Position numbers and translations under genes: made by a program
Source: an uncultured Chryseobacterium sp.
Lineage (GTDB): Bacteria; Bacteroidota; Bacteroidia; Palsa-965
Direction of reading: 5' to 3'
Assembly: GCA_964447465.1 (NCBI GenBank)
Contig: CAYUTR010000002.1
Span: 1 to 53,455, forward strand
Length of the DNA: 53,455 nucleotides
The notes under the pieces: generated by a model
What the model was told of the DNA's origin: nothing
The model's input: only the letters and a program-made list of their open reading frames with translations
Database searches by the model: none
Shown: in pieces, positions 8,704 to 18,010 of the stretch
How positions within the stretch are numbered: the stretch's first letter is position 1
How the letters are laid out: every line of letters begins with the position of its first letter

Positions 8704-9634
8704 GATGCTTGTCGAATTGATTTCTTATGGATAGACGTTGTTTCCTTTTCTTGGCATAAATATGAACCGTGTCAATTTCAGAATGTCCGAGTAGCTTCTG
8801 AACAAACTCAATGTTCGCTCCGTTGTCCAGCAGGTGTGTAGCAAAGCCGTGACGCAAACAGTGCAACGTGATTTCCTTTCGAATGAGTTTTTGGTTCTTC
8901 GTGCGTTGTACAAGTTCCTTCAGGCGACCGTTCAGCTTGTCGCCCGTCATTCGTCTTCCTTCGTTGTTAATAAAAAACGCCGGAGTTGACTGAATAGTGT
9001 TTTTTGGAAAATACTTGGTGCGTTCGTAGATGATGTACTCCTTTAGTTTCTTCATCACTCCGTCAGATAACGGAATAGATCGGTACTTCCCTCCTTTACC
9101 TTCACGCACGAGCAACGTTCCCTTATGAAACAGCACATCGTTCACATTGAGCTTTTCTATTTCGCTCCTGCGCATTCCGCAGCCGTAAGCCGCACAGATA
9201 AGCGCGTGGTCACGTTTAGTTTCACAAGCGGACTGAATCAGTTTTATTTCTTCTGTGGTCGGTACGCTTCGTTCCTTGTTCTTACCGAACGAAAACTTTG
9301 GCAGTCGTGCCGGAGAACTTTTTATTGTTCCGACTTCAAGCAAGTAATCAAAGAACAACCGTAGTGAAAACATGTGGTGACGGATCATTGACTCGCTCAA
9401 CCCACCTGCACGCCTGTGATTGGGACGCTCACGGATATACTCGTAGTAGGCGATTATCTCCTGACCTTTCACCTGCGCAATGTCATCGATTCCGTTCTCG
9501 TGAATAAAATACAAAAACTCCCTCACCATGCTTCCGTTCATTTCTGATTTTGCATAACCTTTCGTTTCGACTTCTTTGTTAAAGTCTGCAAGGTGATTTT
9601 CAAAATCAGGATTGTATATGGGCAGGTGTTTCAT
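8681..9634 (-). CDS. Tyrosine recombinase (XerC/XerD-like integrase)
   Basis: 'AYGCGMRRSEI' (Arg I), 'ITLHCLRHGFATHLLDNG' (H-x-x-R) and 'LLGHSEIDTVHIYA' (His...Tyr) give the canonical R-H-R-H/Y set. Confidence 0.85.
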   Translation of the reverse strand: MKHLPIYNPDFENHLADFNKEVETKGYAKSEMNGSMVREFLYFIHENGIDDIAQVKGQEIIAYYEYIRERPNHRRAGGLSESMIRHHMFSLRLFFDYLLEVGTIKSSPARLPKFSFGKNKERSVPTTEEIKLIQSACETKRDHALICAAYGCGMRRSEIEKLNVNDVLFHKGTLLVREGKGGKYRSIPLSDGVMKKLKEYIIYERTKYFPKNTIQSTPAFFINNEGRRMTGDKLNGRLKELVQRTKNQKLIRKEITLHCLRHGFATHLLDNGANIEFVQKLLGHSEIDTVHIYAKKRKQRLSIRNQFDKHHAAQPHI

Positions 9635-9726
9635 TTTTCTTTTTCTCTACGATCTAATTTTTGTCTCTCAATGCGCACCCTGAACTTTCTGAATCACCAG
9701 CGTGTTTTCCTTACTACGACTGCGTT

Positions 9727-9780
9727 CTGGCGTTCCATTTCATTTGAACCGCCAAGAACCACTGGCGTTCCGTTCATTTT
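9727..9780. promoter_or_regulatory. Direct repeat 'ctggcgttcc(a/g)tt(t)catt' x2 upstream of the recombinase operon
   Basis: The 10-mer 'ctggcgttcc' occurs at 9727 and 9762, 35 nt apart, in the 150-nt gap upstream of the 9634 start. Confidence 0.35.
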
Positions 9781-9783
9781 ATT

Positions 9784-11583
9784 TCACGCGGCACTGTTCA
9801 GGAGCATCAACTGTTTGTTCAGTTCTTCTTTCAGGCGCACACGTATTTTCTCCATGTCGTCCCAAAACACAATCTTGTATTTGAATCCGCGATTGGCATA
9901 ACCTCCTACGCGTTGCACGTACTCCAACAGTTCAAGGTCTTCCATATACCGGAAACATTGGGTCTTACTCAGGTTCAGAGCCAAGCGCACGTCACGCTGC
10001 GTGAACTGATAGTCGAACGGTTTACCCTTTGCCTGTGTCTTAATAAAATCCTTCATCTGATCGAAGAAGTGCCGCAGTGACGAGTCCAGATCATCTACTT
10101 TGAGCATGATGGCGTCAAACAGAATATCACATGCCATTTTCAGGTCTTGTGGTTCTGAAATCAGTCTGCCTTGCTCATCTCTCTGCCGTTGGTATTGGTG
10201 CAGAATAGTAATTTGCTTTACAAAGGATTGATAGTGGTTGTTCAGGCGGCGTAACATCTTCGCCTGTAATGGAAGGAATATCTTATCGGCGTACCTGTTC
10301 ACCACTTCAAGCGGTTTTATGCAGCGCATACAGTTTTGCAGGAACTCTCTAGCCTTTGCTTCTTCTGCACTGTCAATCACTCCGGCAAGTTTCTTGTTTT
10401 GGTGAATGATAATATCCCGCGTCTGTGAGTCGCTCTCGTCAACACCGATAATCATACTCCGGCTCATGTTGTCATAATAGACTTCTGCTTTGGTTGTCGC
10501 AAGCAGTGAGGCAAAATGGCTCTTAACCGTTTTTATGCCGGACACAAGATTGCCGAAACGGTCTTTATGAATAGTGGAGGATGAAATATTTCCTGCGCTC
10601 TGCAATTCCCTAAAAGCGTATTGCGCTTCTTCATCCAGTCCGTCATAATCCTGAATCAATATCAGTTTATCTACAAGCTCGTCCTTGTTGTAGTGATAAA
10701 AGGATTTGCTCGTTACGCGAGTCATGGATAAAACGTCTTCAGGCGGAAAACAGGTTCCTATCGAATTAATCAAATGACTTTTGCCGCTTCCGCTTGTTCC
10801 CTGTACGAGTGAATGTAACGGGTGACTCATCTTGTAAGTAGATGCAATAACAAACAGAAGTTTGCGTGTTCCTTCTTCCCCAACCACACCACTCTGCTCG
10901 ATGAACTTGTCTATGTTGTTAATCAGATTCGGCCGTGATAAAAACTCTATGCAACGTTTTTGATTTTCAGGAGAGATTGAGGCGTAAGACCGCTTGCTCT
11001 GGAATCCTGGCTTTGCCGTTTCAAATTGTGTTTCGCGGTGTTTTTCTAGTTGATCGGTTAGGTGCAAAAGATCGGCTTCTATTATTTCAGGATTCTGCGA
11101 GAACAGTTCCGCTAGTTCCTGCGAAAAGTTGCGAAGCGTTTCACGTTCGTACAGGTCAATCTTCACCCGCTCTTTTCGTTGGGTAGACGTTTCTTCGATA
11201 AGCAGCGTAACAGGCATAGAAGAAATATCCTGAGAAAGCATTCCTAGTACATGGTACTCGTTCTCTTCCATGCGCAGGGTGAGCTTATTCTCGTGAACGG
11301 TAACAAGTTCTCCCGACTGAACAGTATTGCTTACTTCATTTTGTTTTACGTGCTCAACGACTTCTTCGGACGTTGGCTGAACAGTTTCCTTTACAATTTC
11401 ATGCTTTGGAATAAAAGCGGATGCACTATGCAGGATACGCAAAAGACCTTCACCACCAGAATTCTGATAAACTTCGTTCAGTGATTCTTTCTCCAGCGCG
11501 ATATGTTTGATGTCCGAACGGACTAGCTCATGCAACTTTTCTCTTGCTTCTTTCATTTTTGTTCTGTTTGTGATTGGAAACAT
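9784..11583 (-). CDS. P-loop NTPase with C-terminal winged-helix-like region (putative SF3-type helicase / element replication protein)
   Basis: Walker A 'GTSGSGKSHL', Walker B-like 'LILIQDYDG', and a C-terminal 'FTQRDVRLALNLSKTQCFRYMEDLELLEY' wHTH-like stretch. The start is uncertain because the ORF overlaps the upstream gene by 56 nt (next Met at 11556). Confidence 0.55.
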   Translation of the reverse strand: MFPITNRTKMKEAREKLHELVRSDIKHIALEKESLNEVYQNSGGEGLLRILHSASAFIPKHEIVKETVQPTSEEVVEHVKQNEVSNTVQSGELVTVHENKLTLRMEENEYHVLGMLSQDISSMPVTLLIEETSTQRKERVKIDLYERETLRNFSQELAELFSQNPEIIEADLLHLTDQLEKHRETQFETAKPGFQSKRSYASISPENQKRCIEFLSRPNLINNIDKFIEQSGVVGEEGTRKLLFVIASTYKMSHPLHSLVQGTSGSGKSHLINSIGTCFPPEDVLSMTRVTSKSFYHYNKDELVDKLILIQDYDGLDEEAQYAFRELQSAGNISSSTIHKDRFGNLVSGIKTVKSHFASLLATTKAEVYYDNMSRSMIIGVDESDSQTRDIIIHQNKKLAGVIDSAEEAKAREFLQNCMRCIKPLEVVNRYADKIFLPLQAKMLRRLNNHYQSFVKQITILHQYQRQRDEQGRLISEPQDLKMACDILFDAIMLKVDDLDSSLRHFFDQMKDFIKTQAKGKPFDYQFTQRDVRLALNLSKTQCFRYMEDLELLEYVQRVGGYANRGFKYKIVFWDDMEKIRVRLKEELNKQLMLLNSAA

Positions 11584-13171
11584 TCACCGCCGCAATGGGC
11601 GATTCAATCAATACGATTTGTTCAAGGTGCTTCAAGCGTTTTATTGCCTCATAATGCTGCTCCATGAATTGCCCATCGAACAATGCTATGACCGCCTCAC
11701 GGTTGTCCAGCACTTTAGATTCTATCATCGTCGCGGCATCAATGATTGATGGAACCACGTACAGTTTCTTTGTCATCTCATTAGGATATTGAGGATAGAC
11801 GCCGGAATTGTTCATGTAACCTGTTTTTCTGTTCCGTAATCCGACAGAGAAAAAGTTAGTGACTTGATCCTTCTCATCCCTGAGTGGGAACATCACTGAA
11901 AAGATTCCAAACACCGTGAAGGGCGTTTGTCCATTATTAGTACCTACGCCGGATTCTTGCATGAATCCAACCCGTTCCAGTTCTCTTTTGAAGGCATCAC
12001 TTTTACGGTGGTGGATCTGGCCGGAATTAAAACAGGCACCGGATGATTCAATGGACAACATGTGTTCAGCTAACCATCGCCGAGGCGTTTCCGATTTTGC
12101 ATTTCTGATTCCGTTACTCAGTGATCGATAAATCATCTCAAGCGTTGCGGCTCTCTGATCTGAAAATCTTCCGAGGAAATCTTTTGGTAGTGATGGCATT
12201 TGGTCGTAGATATTTTCGTTCGAGCCAAAGCACACCAAATGATCAGAACGTTGCAAGCTGTTCATAGGATTATTTACCGCGTTTTCCGCCAAACTTTCAT
12301 CTATGATCGGTTTGCAACTATGATCGGAATTCTGCAAGCGGGAATCCGTTATCGGGAGTTCATAGTTAAAAATCAGAACTTCATTTTTCTTCCGTGTTGA
12401 TTTATGGGTGACACAAAAAGTGCGTTCAACTTCCTTCTTCTTCCATCCATATATATTGATGAAACTATCCAACAAGTCAGAGGGATAACAGGAGAGCAAA
12501 AACTTTCCTTTGATCTGACCAAGTGAATGCAGGAGTTTATGAAAATCGCCTTCAGAAAATCCTTTGTAGTGTCCGCAGTTGGAATTGAAGTAAGGAGGAT
12601 CGAGATAGAAGAAGGTGTCCAGCGAATCATATCGGGCAATTACCTTTAGTGCGTCACTGGATTCAACCTGCACATGTTGCAAACGCTCGGATAACTCAGG
12701 AGTGAATCTTTCCCGCTTGTTGGCAATGGACTTTCCCATTTTGTTGTCGCGTCCTAATCCCCAATTGCCGATACGGGAACTAAAACCCTGATTGGTTACT
12801 ACCCAAAACGCCCATGCGCGGGAAAGCGCATCGTGCACCTGTGAATTGTTGTAAACATCCAACGCTTTGTCATAGCACACGCGACTGTGCAGTGTTTGTT
12901 TAATTCTACGTTGCAGGTTGTCAAAATCGGAATGGAGAACCGCGTAGAAGTTGGTGACTTCTCCATTTATATCATTGATGACTTCGCTCCTGGACGGTTC
13001 TTTTGCAAAGAACAAAGCACCACCTCCCATGAATGCCTCCACATACAACGAATGCTCCGGCACAAGCGCAAGAAGCTCGCGCACCATTCGCTGTTTACCT
13101 CCGTAATATGTAATCGGAGGTTTTAGCTGAATGACTTCGCGCTTCTGTGTATGTATGGCAACTAGTTTCAC
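11528..13171 (-). CDS. Dam-type N6-adenine DNA methyltransferase fused to a DnaG-like (primase core/Toprim-like) C-terminal domain
   Basis: The N-terminal half carries 'YYGGKQRM', 'EAFMGGGALFF' (FxGxG) and 'FYLDPPY' (DPPY motif IV). The C-terminal half carries 'VMFPLRDEKDQVTNFFSVGLRNRKTGYMNNSG' (compare DnaG 'imFPIrD..GrviGFgGR....KYlNSPE'), then 'LYVVPSIIDAATM...VIALFDG', which is Toprim-like but lacks the conserved Glu. Confidence 0.7.
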   Translation of the reverse strand: MKLVAIHTQKREVIQLKPPITYYGGKQRMVRELLALVPEHSLYVEAFMGGGALFFAKEPSRSEVINDINGEVTNFYAVLHSDFDNLQRRIKQTLHSRVCYDKALDVYNNSQVHDALSRAWAFWVVTNQGFSSRIGNWGLGRDNKMGKSIANKRERFTPELSERLQHVQVESSDALKVIARYDSLDTFFYLDPPYFNSNCGHYKGFSEGDFHKLLHSLGQIKGKFLLSCYPSDLLDSFINIYGWKKKEVERTFCVTHKSTRKKNEVLIFNYELPITDSRLQNSDHSCKPIIDESLAENAVNNPMNSLQRSDHLVCFGSNENIYDQMPSLPKDFLGRFSDQRAATLEMIYRSLSNGIRNAKSETPRRWLAEHMLSIESSGACFNSGQIHHRKSDAFKRELERVGFMQESGVGTNNGQTPFTVFGIFSVMFPLRDEKDQVTNFFSVGLRNRKTGYMNNSGVYPQYPNEMTKKLYVVPSIIDAATMIESKVLDNREAVIALFDGQFMEQHYEAIKRLKHLEQIVLIESPIAAVNVSNHKQNKNERSKRKVA

Positions 13172-13172
13172 T

Positions 13173-13907
13173 TTAGGAGTTCATCTTAATTTGAAGTAAT
13201 TGTTTCATGAAGGGGACAACAGCTAAGTCAATCAACTTTTCCGCGTCGCGAGTGCATTCTCTCTCCCTGCCGAGCTTTTCCAATTGCTCGCGTAACACCT
13301 GCTTATACTTACCGTCCATCCAGTCAATCATTGTAGGGAAATCGTAGTTCCCCTTTGATTGTAAAAGAGGATAGATGATTTGGTAAGTTTCAATCTCAGT
13401 TTTCAGTCCTGCACTCATCTTGCGTTCATAATCTTCAAAAAGCAATAGAGCGGCTTTGTGAAGCAGCATTACTTTATTCTTTCCAGATTGCAGGTTAAGG
13501 TCTAATGCATGGAACAATTCGTTGTTCGCAGAAAGAATTGCTAACCGAATTTTCGGTTTGAGATACGCTTCTAGGATTGTGATAAGAGAATTAGCATATA
13601 TGGAATATCGCTTACTCAAGCCTTTCATTTCGTAATCATCATCACCGGAAGAATGTTCGAAGCGAATGATTTTGTTGATTAGGTTTTCCTCTAGTTCCAG
13701 CAATCCAGCTTCAACGCTTTTCAAATCAGAATAAAACAGACCATAGTTGCTTTTGAACTGCATGTTCTTACGGTTGTAAGTCACCGATATATATAAAGGA
13801 TATGCGTCCTTTTCTTTCCCTGTCTTCCCATCAACGATGGAATCAGGTTGGACATTCTTATTCAGGAAAAAATTGACCGTGATCTTTTTCTGTCTGGACT
13901 CGCTCAT
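13173..13907 (-). CDS. Hypothetical protein; N-terminus resembles the Arm-type DNA-binding domain of Bacteroidota integrases, with no catalytic domain
   Basis: 'KITVNFFLNK...DAYPLYISVTYNRKNMQFKS' resembles the 'vtfylrk...g.pIylritvngkr.efs' pattern. It starts 1 nt after the upstream stop. Confidence 0.35.
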   Translation of the reverse strand: MSESRQKKITVNFFLNKNVQPDSIVDGKTGKEKDAYPLYISVTYNRKNMQFKSNYGLFYSDLKSVEAGLLELEENLINKIIRFEHSSGDDDYEMKGLSKRYSIYANSLITILEAYLKPKIRLAILSANNELFHALDLNLQSGKNKVMLLHKAALLLFEDYERKMSAGLKTEIETYQIIYPLLQSKGNYDFPTMIDWMDGKYKQVLREQLEKLGRERECTRDAEKLIDLAVVPFMKQLLQIKMNS

Positions 13908-13922
13908 GGAGCAAATATAGAC

Positions 13923-13956
13923 AATGTTTGTAAACTACATATATCTTACAAACATT
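13923..13956. promoter_or_regulatory. Perfect 11-bp inverted repeat (aatgtttgtaa N12 ttacaaacatt)
   Basis: Lies between the KAP gene stop (14029) and the start of the 13907 gene. It could be an operator or a terminator hairpin. Confidence 0.4.
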
Positions 13957-14028
13957 TAAATATTTCAGTAACTGCCTGATATTCAACAGTTATGCCTCTT
14001 GATGTACTTTCACAGATCTGAAATTTGC

Positions 14029-17000
14029 CTACTTAGTTTGTGCAGAATCCTGATTAATTAATTTAATATCTAATTCATACAAGAGCGCATACGGATTAGA
14101 ATGACCATCAGCATCATCCCATCCAAGCTCCTTCAGACTAAAATTGCGTACCGTAAAAACCAGTTCATTAGGTCCAGTGACTAAAGCACCGGAGTCGAAA
14201 GTGATAGGGACTGGTGCATGAGTTGTTATTTCAGAAGTGAGCACAGGTATTCCATTAATGGATAGTTTGCAAGTATCATCAACCCATAGCTTTAACGTGG
14301 CTTGTTCGATTAGTGTACTGTCTTCAAGTTCTATTTTTTTAATGAATGAATATGTGCCACCTGTGATTGCCTCCTCTTTGGGGATTACTTCTAAGTGCGC
14401 AATAAAATTTGTCTTCATTTTCTTGAACCACACATCTCTTGCAACAATTTCACTGAAACCTGAATGGGTGAAAGTGACGCTATTTTGGTAAGGTGAAACG
14501 GATTCATACTTGTTAACCAAAGTGCTTGAATCACTGACCTCCACAATGCTACCAGGTATCCAATGAATTGACCTGTTTTGCTTTGAAAACAATTTTAGAA
14601 AGTATGTCACTTCAATAGTTTTAGCTGTCCTTTTCAAACCCTTAACATATTGCGAAAGTTGCTCCGGAGAATCATCGAAAATCGATAGCGCAATTGCGTT
14701 TGGAACGTATCGTGAGTCCGGTTCACCTATAACTTCTGGAATAATAATGTTCTCCATAAAGTCCGAAGGTTGCTTTACCAAATAAGGAATGATCTTTTTC
14801 TTCGCGTCGGACATAAACTTTACATGTGAATCAATAATTTCTTCTATACAATTAGTATAGATGGATATTACCTCGGAATACTTTAGTTCTTGTATTACTG
14901 CTTGATCCAAGCATTGAACGACCACTGGCTTAAGAACTGCAGGCTTAACGATTTGACTGAGTTTGCCCGTTTTGTAATAGTGATTTGCTAAAAGCTGACT
15001 ACACACAACAGCTACTTCAACAGGTTTCTCAACTAGAGAGTTCTGAATAAACTTAATGAGCTCCTCCGATTGCGCATCGTGCAGCAGCTTCTCGTTTCGT
15101 TCGAAAAAAGTCTCTACGGTTCCCGCCATCAACAGATCTTCATCTAGCAGAGATGAATAAATCACGATCTTACCTTTTCGTACAAGGTTCTGAGCAGATG
15201 GCGTACGAACCATCTCAGAGACATAATTCTTAAATGAAGACGTTTTTTGTGTGATTAGGACTTTAATCAAATCATTCAGTCCAGCATCCTCTATCGTTTC
15301 CGAGGTTATTCGGTCAGTGGGAGATAATATAGCTGTGAAACTATCAAAGTACCACTCAAAGTAATCTCGATTCCGTATTGCAAATGCTGAGTTGTCTGAA
15401 CTTCTTCGTTCAAATAGCGCCTTAACGATATATTTTGATTCTCGGATCTTATCATTAGCGGAGCCCGTGCCAGGAAAATACATTTCTAAAAAATCCTCGT
15501 TTACACTTATTGCCTCATTAGGAATACTGTGCAAAAAAGATTTAGCACGAAGTAATTCATAAATTCTTGGCGCTTTAAGTTTTATCAACTCCACTTGAAA
15601 CAATTCGTAGCTGTCGATCATGCTATACTTTTGATCTTCCAAAAAGCACTGCATAAATGAGTTCACTAAAATGGTAACGTCTCGTGGATTGGTTACAAAG
15701 TTTGCAAAGTGATCATGCGGGACGTCTTTCTTAAACTCTGTTTGACCTTGTGAGTTGAAACTCCCAATTAATTGTAGATGCCCAAGCAAATCTTCATGCG
15801 AATTTATTCTTTGAACGCAAGTATCTAAAGATCGCTTGGCGGATTGATATCCTGTCGCTTCAACTTTTTGAAAATAATTTAAAAGTGCATCTTGGCATCT
15901 TTTTGTAAAGAGCTCAACTAGAGCTGATCTGGTTGGATGCGGTAAATGAAATTGAACCTGAAATATCTTATTGAGATATTCCGTCGGATTTTCCGAGTTG
16001 ATCAACTTTATCGAATTCTCAATGTAAGCACGGTCATAGCCAATTAAATAAAAGGTGTTTGCGAAATTGGCAGTATTGCGAATGATTCTAAGTACTTCAA
16101 TTACTTCCTTGTTATTCAGTCGATCTAAATCATCAATGATTACTACATATCTATTATTCCCATCTGCTAAAGCAGTATTGAGCTGGGAAATATCAATTGG
16201 CTCGCTTGGAGCAATAAGTTCCAACGGATTTTTCTCAAACCACTTTTTTGATTTCTGGTAAAACTGATTTGCATATGATTTAAACTCGGAGGCAAGCCTT
16301 CCATCAAGTTCACCCTCAAACTGTTTTAAGAACTGAGATTCCAATTCTTCGAGTTGATGTGCCCAAGGAATGAAATACAGTATTTTCGGTTTAGGTAAAC
16401 CTGATTGGGCTGCGCGATTCAAAAGCGACTGGAGGACAAGCTTCACAAAATATGTCTTACCACTTCCCCAGCGACCTACAATTCCGAATCCTACAGATCG
16501 ACTTAGCTTAATTTTTAATATCTCCCCCGCTATGAATTCAGCTTTTGGACTTCGACCGAAGGAATCTTGAACAATTTCCTCTGGATTGTCAAATGGTAAC
16601 TGTTCAATGGAAAATATAGAAGTATTATGAGGCTCTAGGGGTGACGTGATTTTATATGCCTCAATGCGTGAATAAGAAATGTAGAGGCACAGTATAATAA
16701 CGGGTAAAACATAGGGAACTGAAAACTCGTTGAAATCAATTGTATAGAACTGCCAGAAAGGATTTGGTACTATCCAAAAGAAGATACACAACCATGCAAC
16801 GAGGAAACTGGAATAGGTGACCCAACTTGGAAATGATTTTTTAACTATCCTGCTATGAATAATGCTTGCAGCAATTGATGACAGAAGAAATATACCAAAT
16901 CCGATAATGCACAGAATATCTTTTGGGTTAATGAACTTGCCAACAGTTTCGGTTAGAACAATATCTCCGTAATACGCGAGCCCCTTGTGAAAAATGGTAG

Positions 17001-17091
17001 TAACAAGTAGCGTTAACGCTACAAATATTATGTCCTTTCTAACTAAAGATTGATTGTATTTCGCGGGACTAACCTTATCCTTTTTATCCAT
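14029..17091 (-). CDS. Membrane-anchored KAP-family P-loop NTPase with a long C-terminal extension
   Basis: About four N-terminal hydrophobic helices. Walker A 'GIVGRWGSGKTYF' and Walker B 'VVIIDDLDRLNNKEVIEVLRIIRN' are KAP-family hallmarks. The C-terminal ~150 aa looks like a beta-sandwich ('LKLWVDDTCKLSINGIPVL...GPNELVFTVRNF'). Confidence 0.75.
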   Translation of the reverse strand: MDKKDKVSPAKYNQSLVRKDIIFVALTLLVTTIFHKGLAYYGDIVLTETVGKFINPKDILCIIGFGIFLLSSIAASIIHSRIVKKSFPSWVTYSSFLVAWLCIFFWIVPNPFWQFYTIDFNEFSVPYVLPVIILCLYISYSRIEAYKITSPLEPHNTSIFSIEQLPFDNPEEIVQDSFGRSPKAEFIAGEILKIKLSRSVGFGIVGRWGSGKTYFVKLVLQSLLNRAAQSGLPKPKILYFIPWAHQLEELESQFLKQFEGELDGRLASEFKSYANQFYQKSKKWFEKNPLELIAPSEPIDISQLNTALADGNNRYVVIIDDLDRLNNKEVIEVLRIIRNTANFANTFYLIGYDRAYIENSIKLINSENPTEYLNKIFQVQFHLPHPTRSALVELFTKRCQDALLNYFQKVEATGYQSAKRSLDTCVQRINSHEDLLGHLQLIGSFNSQGQTEFKKDVPHDHFANFVTNPRDVTILVNSFMQCFLEDQKYSMIDSYELFQVELIKLKAPRIYELLRAKSFLHSIPNEAISVNEDFLEMYFPGTGSANDKIRESKYIVKALFERRSSDNSAFAIRNRDYFEWYFDSFTAILSPTDRITSETIEDAGLNDLIKVLITQKTSSFKNYVSEMVRTPSAQNLVRKGKIVIYSSLLDEDLLMAGTVETFFERNEKLLHDAQSEELIKFIQNSLVEKPVEVAVVCSQLLANHYYKTGKLSQIVKPAVLKPVVVQCLDQAVIQELKYSEVISIYTNCIEEIIDSHVKFMSDAKKKIIPYLVKQPSDFMENIIIPEVIGEPDSRYVPNAIALSIFDDSPEQLSQYVKGLKRTAKTIEVTYFLKLFSKQNRSIHWIPGSIVEVSDSSTLVNKYESVSPYQNSVTFTHSGFSEIVARDVWFKKMKTNFIAHLEVIPKEEAITGGTYSFIKKIELEDSTLIEQATLKLWVDDTCKLSINGIPVLTSEITTHAPVPITFDSGALVTGPNELVFTVRNFSLKELGWDDADGHSNPYALLYELDIKLINQDSAQTK

Positions 17092-17138
17092 TGATAAGCT
17101 AATTAAACTTTGTAAGTCAAGAATGATAATTCATCGGG

Positions 17139-17999
17139 TCATTTTGGTTCTGTGAATCCCTCTTTAGCTAGTTCAAAGTATTTCTCTGGAGTTTGTGCAA
17201 ACTCCATAATTTCATAATCAAGAGTGCCCCCAATTTGATTCAGAGCATTTAGGTTTAAACAAGTGGCCAGCCATAGTTCTCTCTGAAGATTTTTATTTTT
17301 CCATTGAGGATATATCCACGTAAGTCGGAATGCAATTTCTTCCAGCTGAAACCGGTATGATTGTAAGTAGAAGTATGGAATAACTCCTAAGGTCAGAAGT
17401 ATTGGAAAAATGAACGTGTAAAGGGTGGTCGTTGAGGCGATTTGACTCCAATCGGAGAATATGGCAGTTGAAGAGTAGATTAACATTACAAGTGAAACTA
17501 AGACCAGATAACCAATCGAAAATCTAGAGATTGAACTTGGTTTCTTGTCATTTATCACAACGAGGACAGAACATATTAACAAAGTCGGCCAGAGAATCAT
17601 CTCCCAAAGTAAACTGAAGCTCTTGAGATTTGCCAAAAACTCAATGAACACAGTCACTCCGATTGCTTCTTTAACTAACCGAACAAAGTTCTTTTTGGAT
17701 TTCAGCTTTAACAGATAAATAAATGTAACAGCAGCGAAACCGATAAACCAGAGAAGTGAATCCTTGATAGCCTGATCATGCCAAATTCCAACGACCTTCA
17801 AAGTGACCACAAGAAGAACGGAGATTAGAGTAAGGATTAGGAAAGAAGAAAATACTTTCCACTGGAAAAGGGCTTGAATAAATCCTCTAACAGATTTTCG
17901 CACTTTTTTGCTGGTCGCAGCAATGACTGATAGTAGAAGCAACCAGATCAAGAAAGCTAATTCTCGGTTCGAAAATATTAATTGAGCTTTTTCCCACAT
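17139..17999 (-). CDS. Polytopic inner-membrane protein (about 7-8 predicted TM helices), unknown function
   Basis: 286-aa ORF dominated by hydrophobic ~20-aa stretches. It lies 11 nt after the GTPase gene stop and 47 nt before the KAP gene start. Confidence 0.6.
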   Translation of the reverse strand: MWEKAQLIFSNRELAFLIWLLLLSVIAATSKKVRKSVRGFIQALFQWKVFSSFLILTLISVLLVVTLKVVGIWHDQAIKDSLLWFIGFAAVTFIYLLKLKSKKNFVRLVKEAIGVTVFIEFLANLKSFSLLWEMILWPTLLICSVLVVINDKKPSSISRFSIGYLVLVSLVMLIYSSTAIFSDWSQIASTTTLYTFIFPILLTLGVIPYFYLQSYRFQLEEIAFRLTWIYPQWKNKNLQRELWLATCLNLNALNQIGGTLDYEIMEFAQTPEKYFELAKEGFTEPK

Positions 18000-18010
18000 C
18001 CTATTATCTG

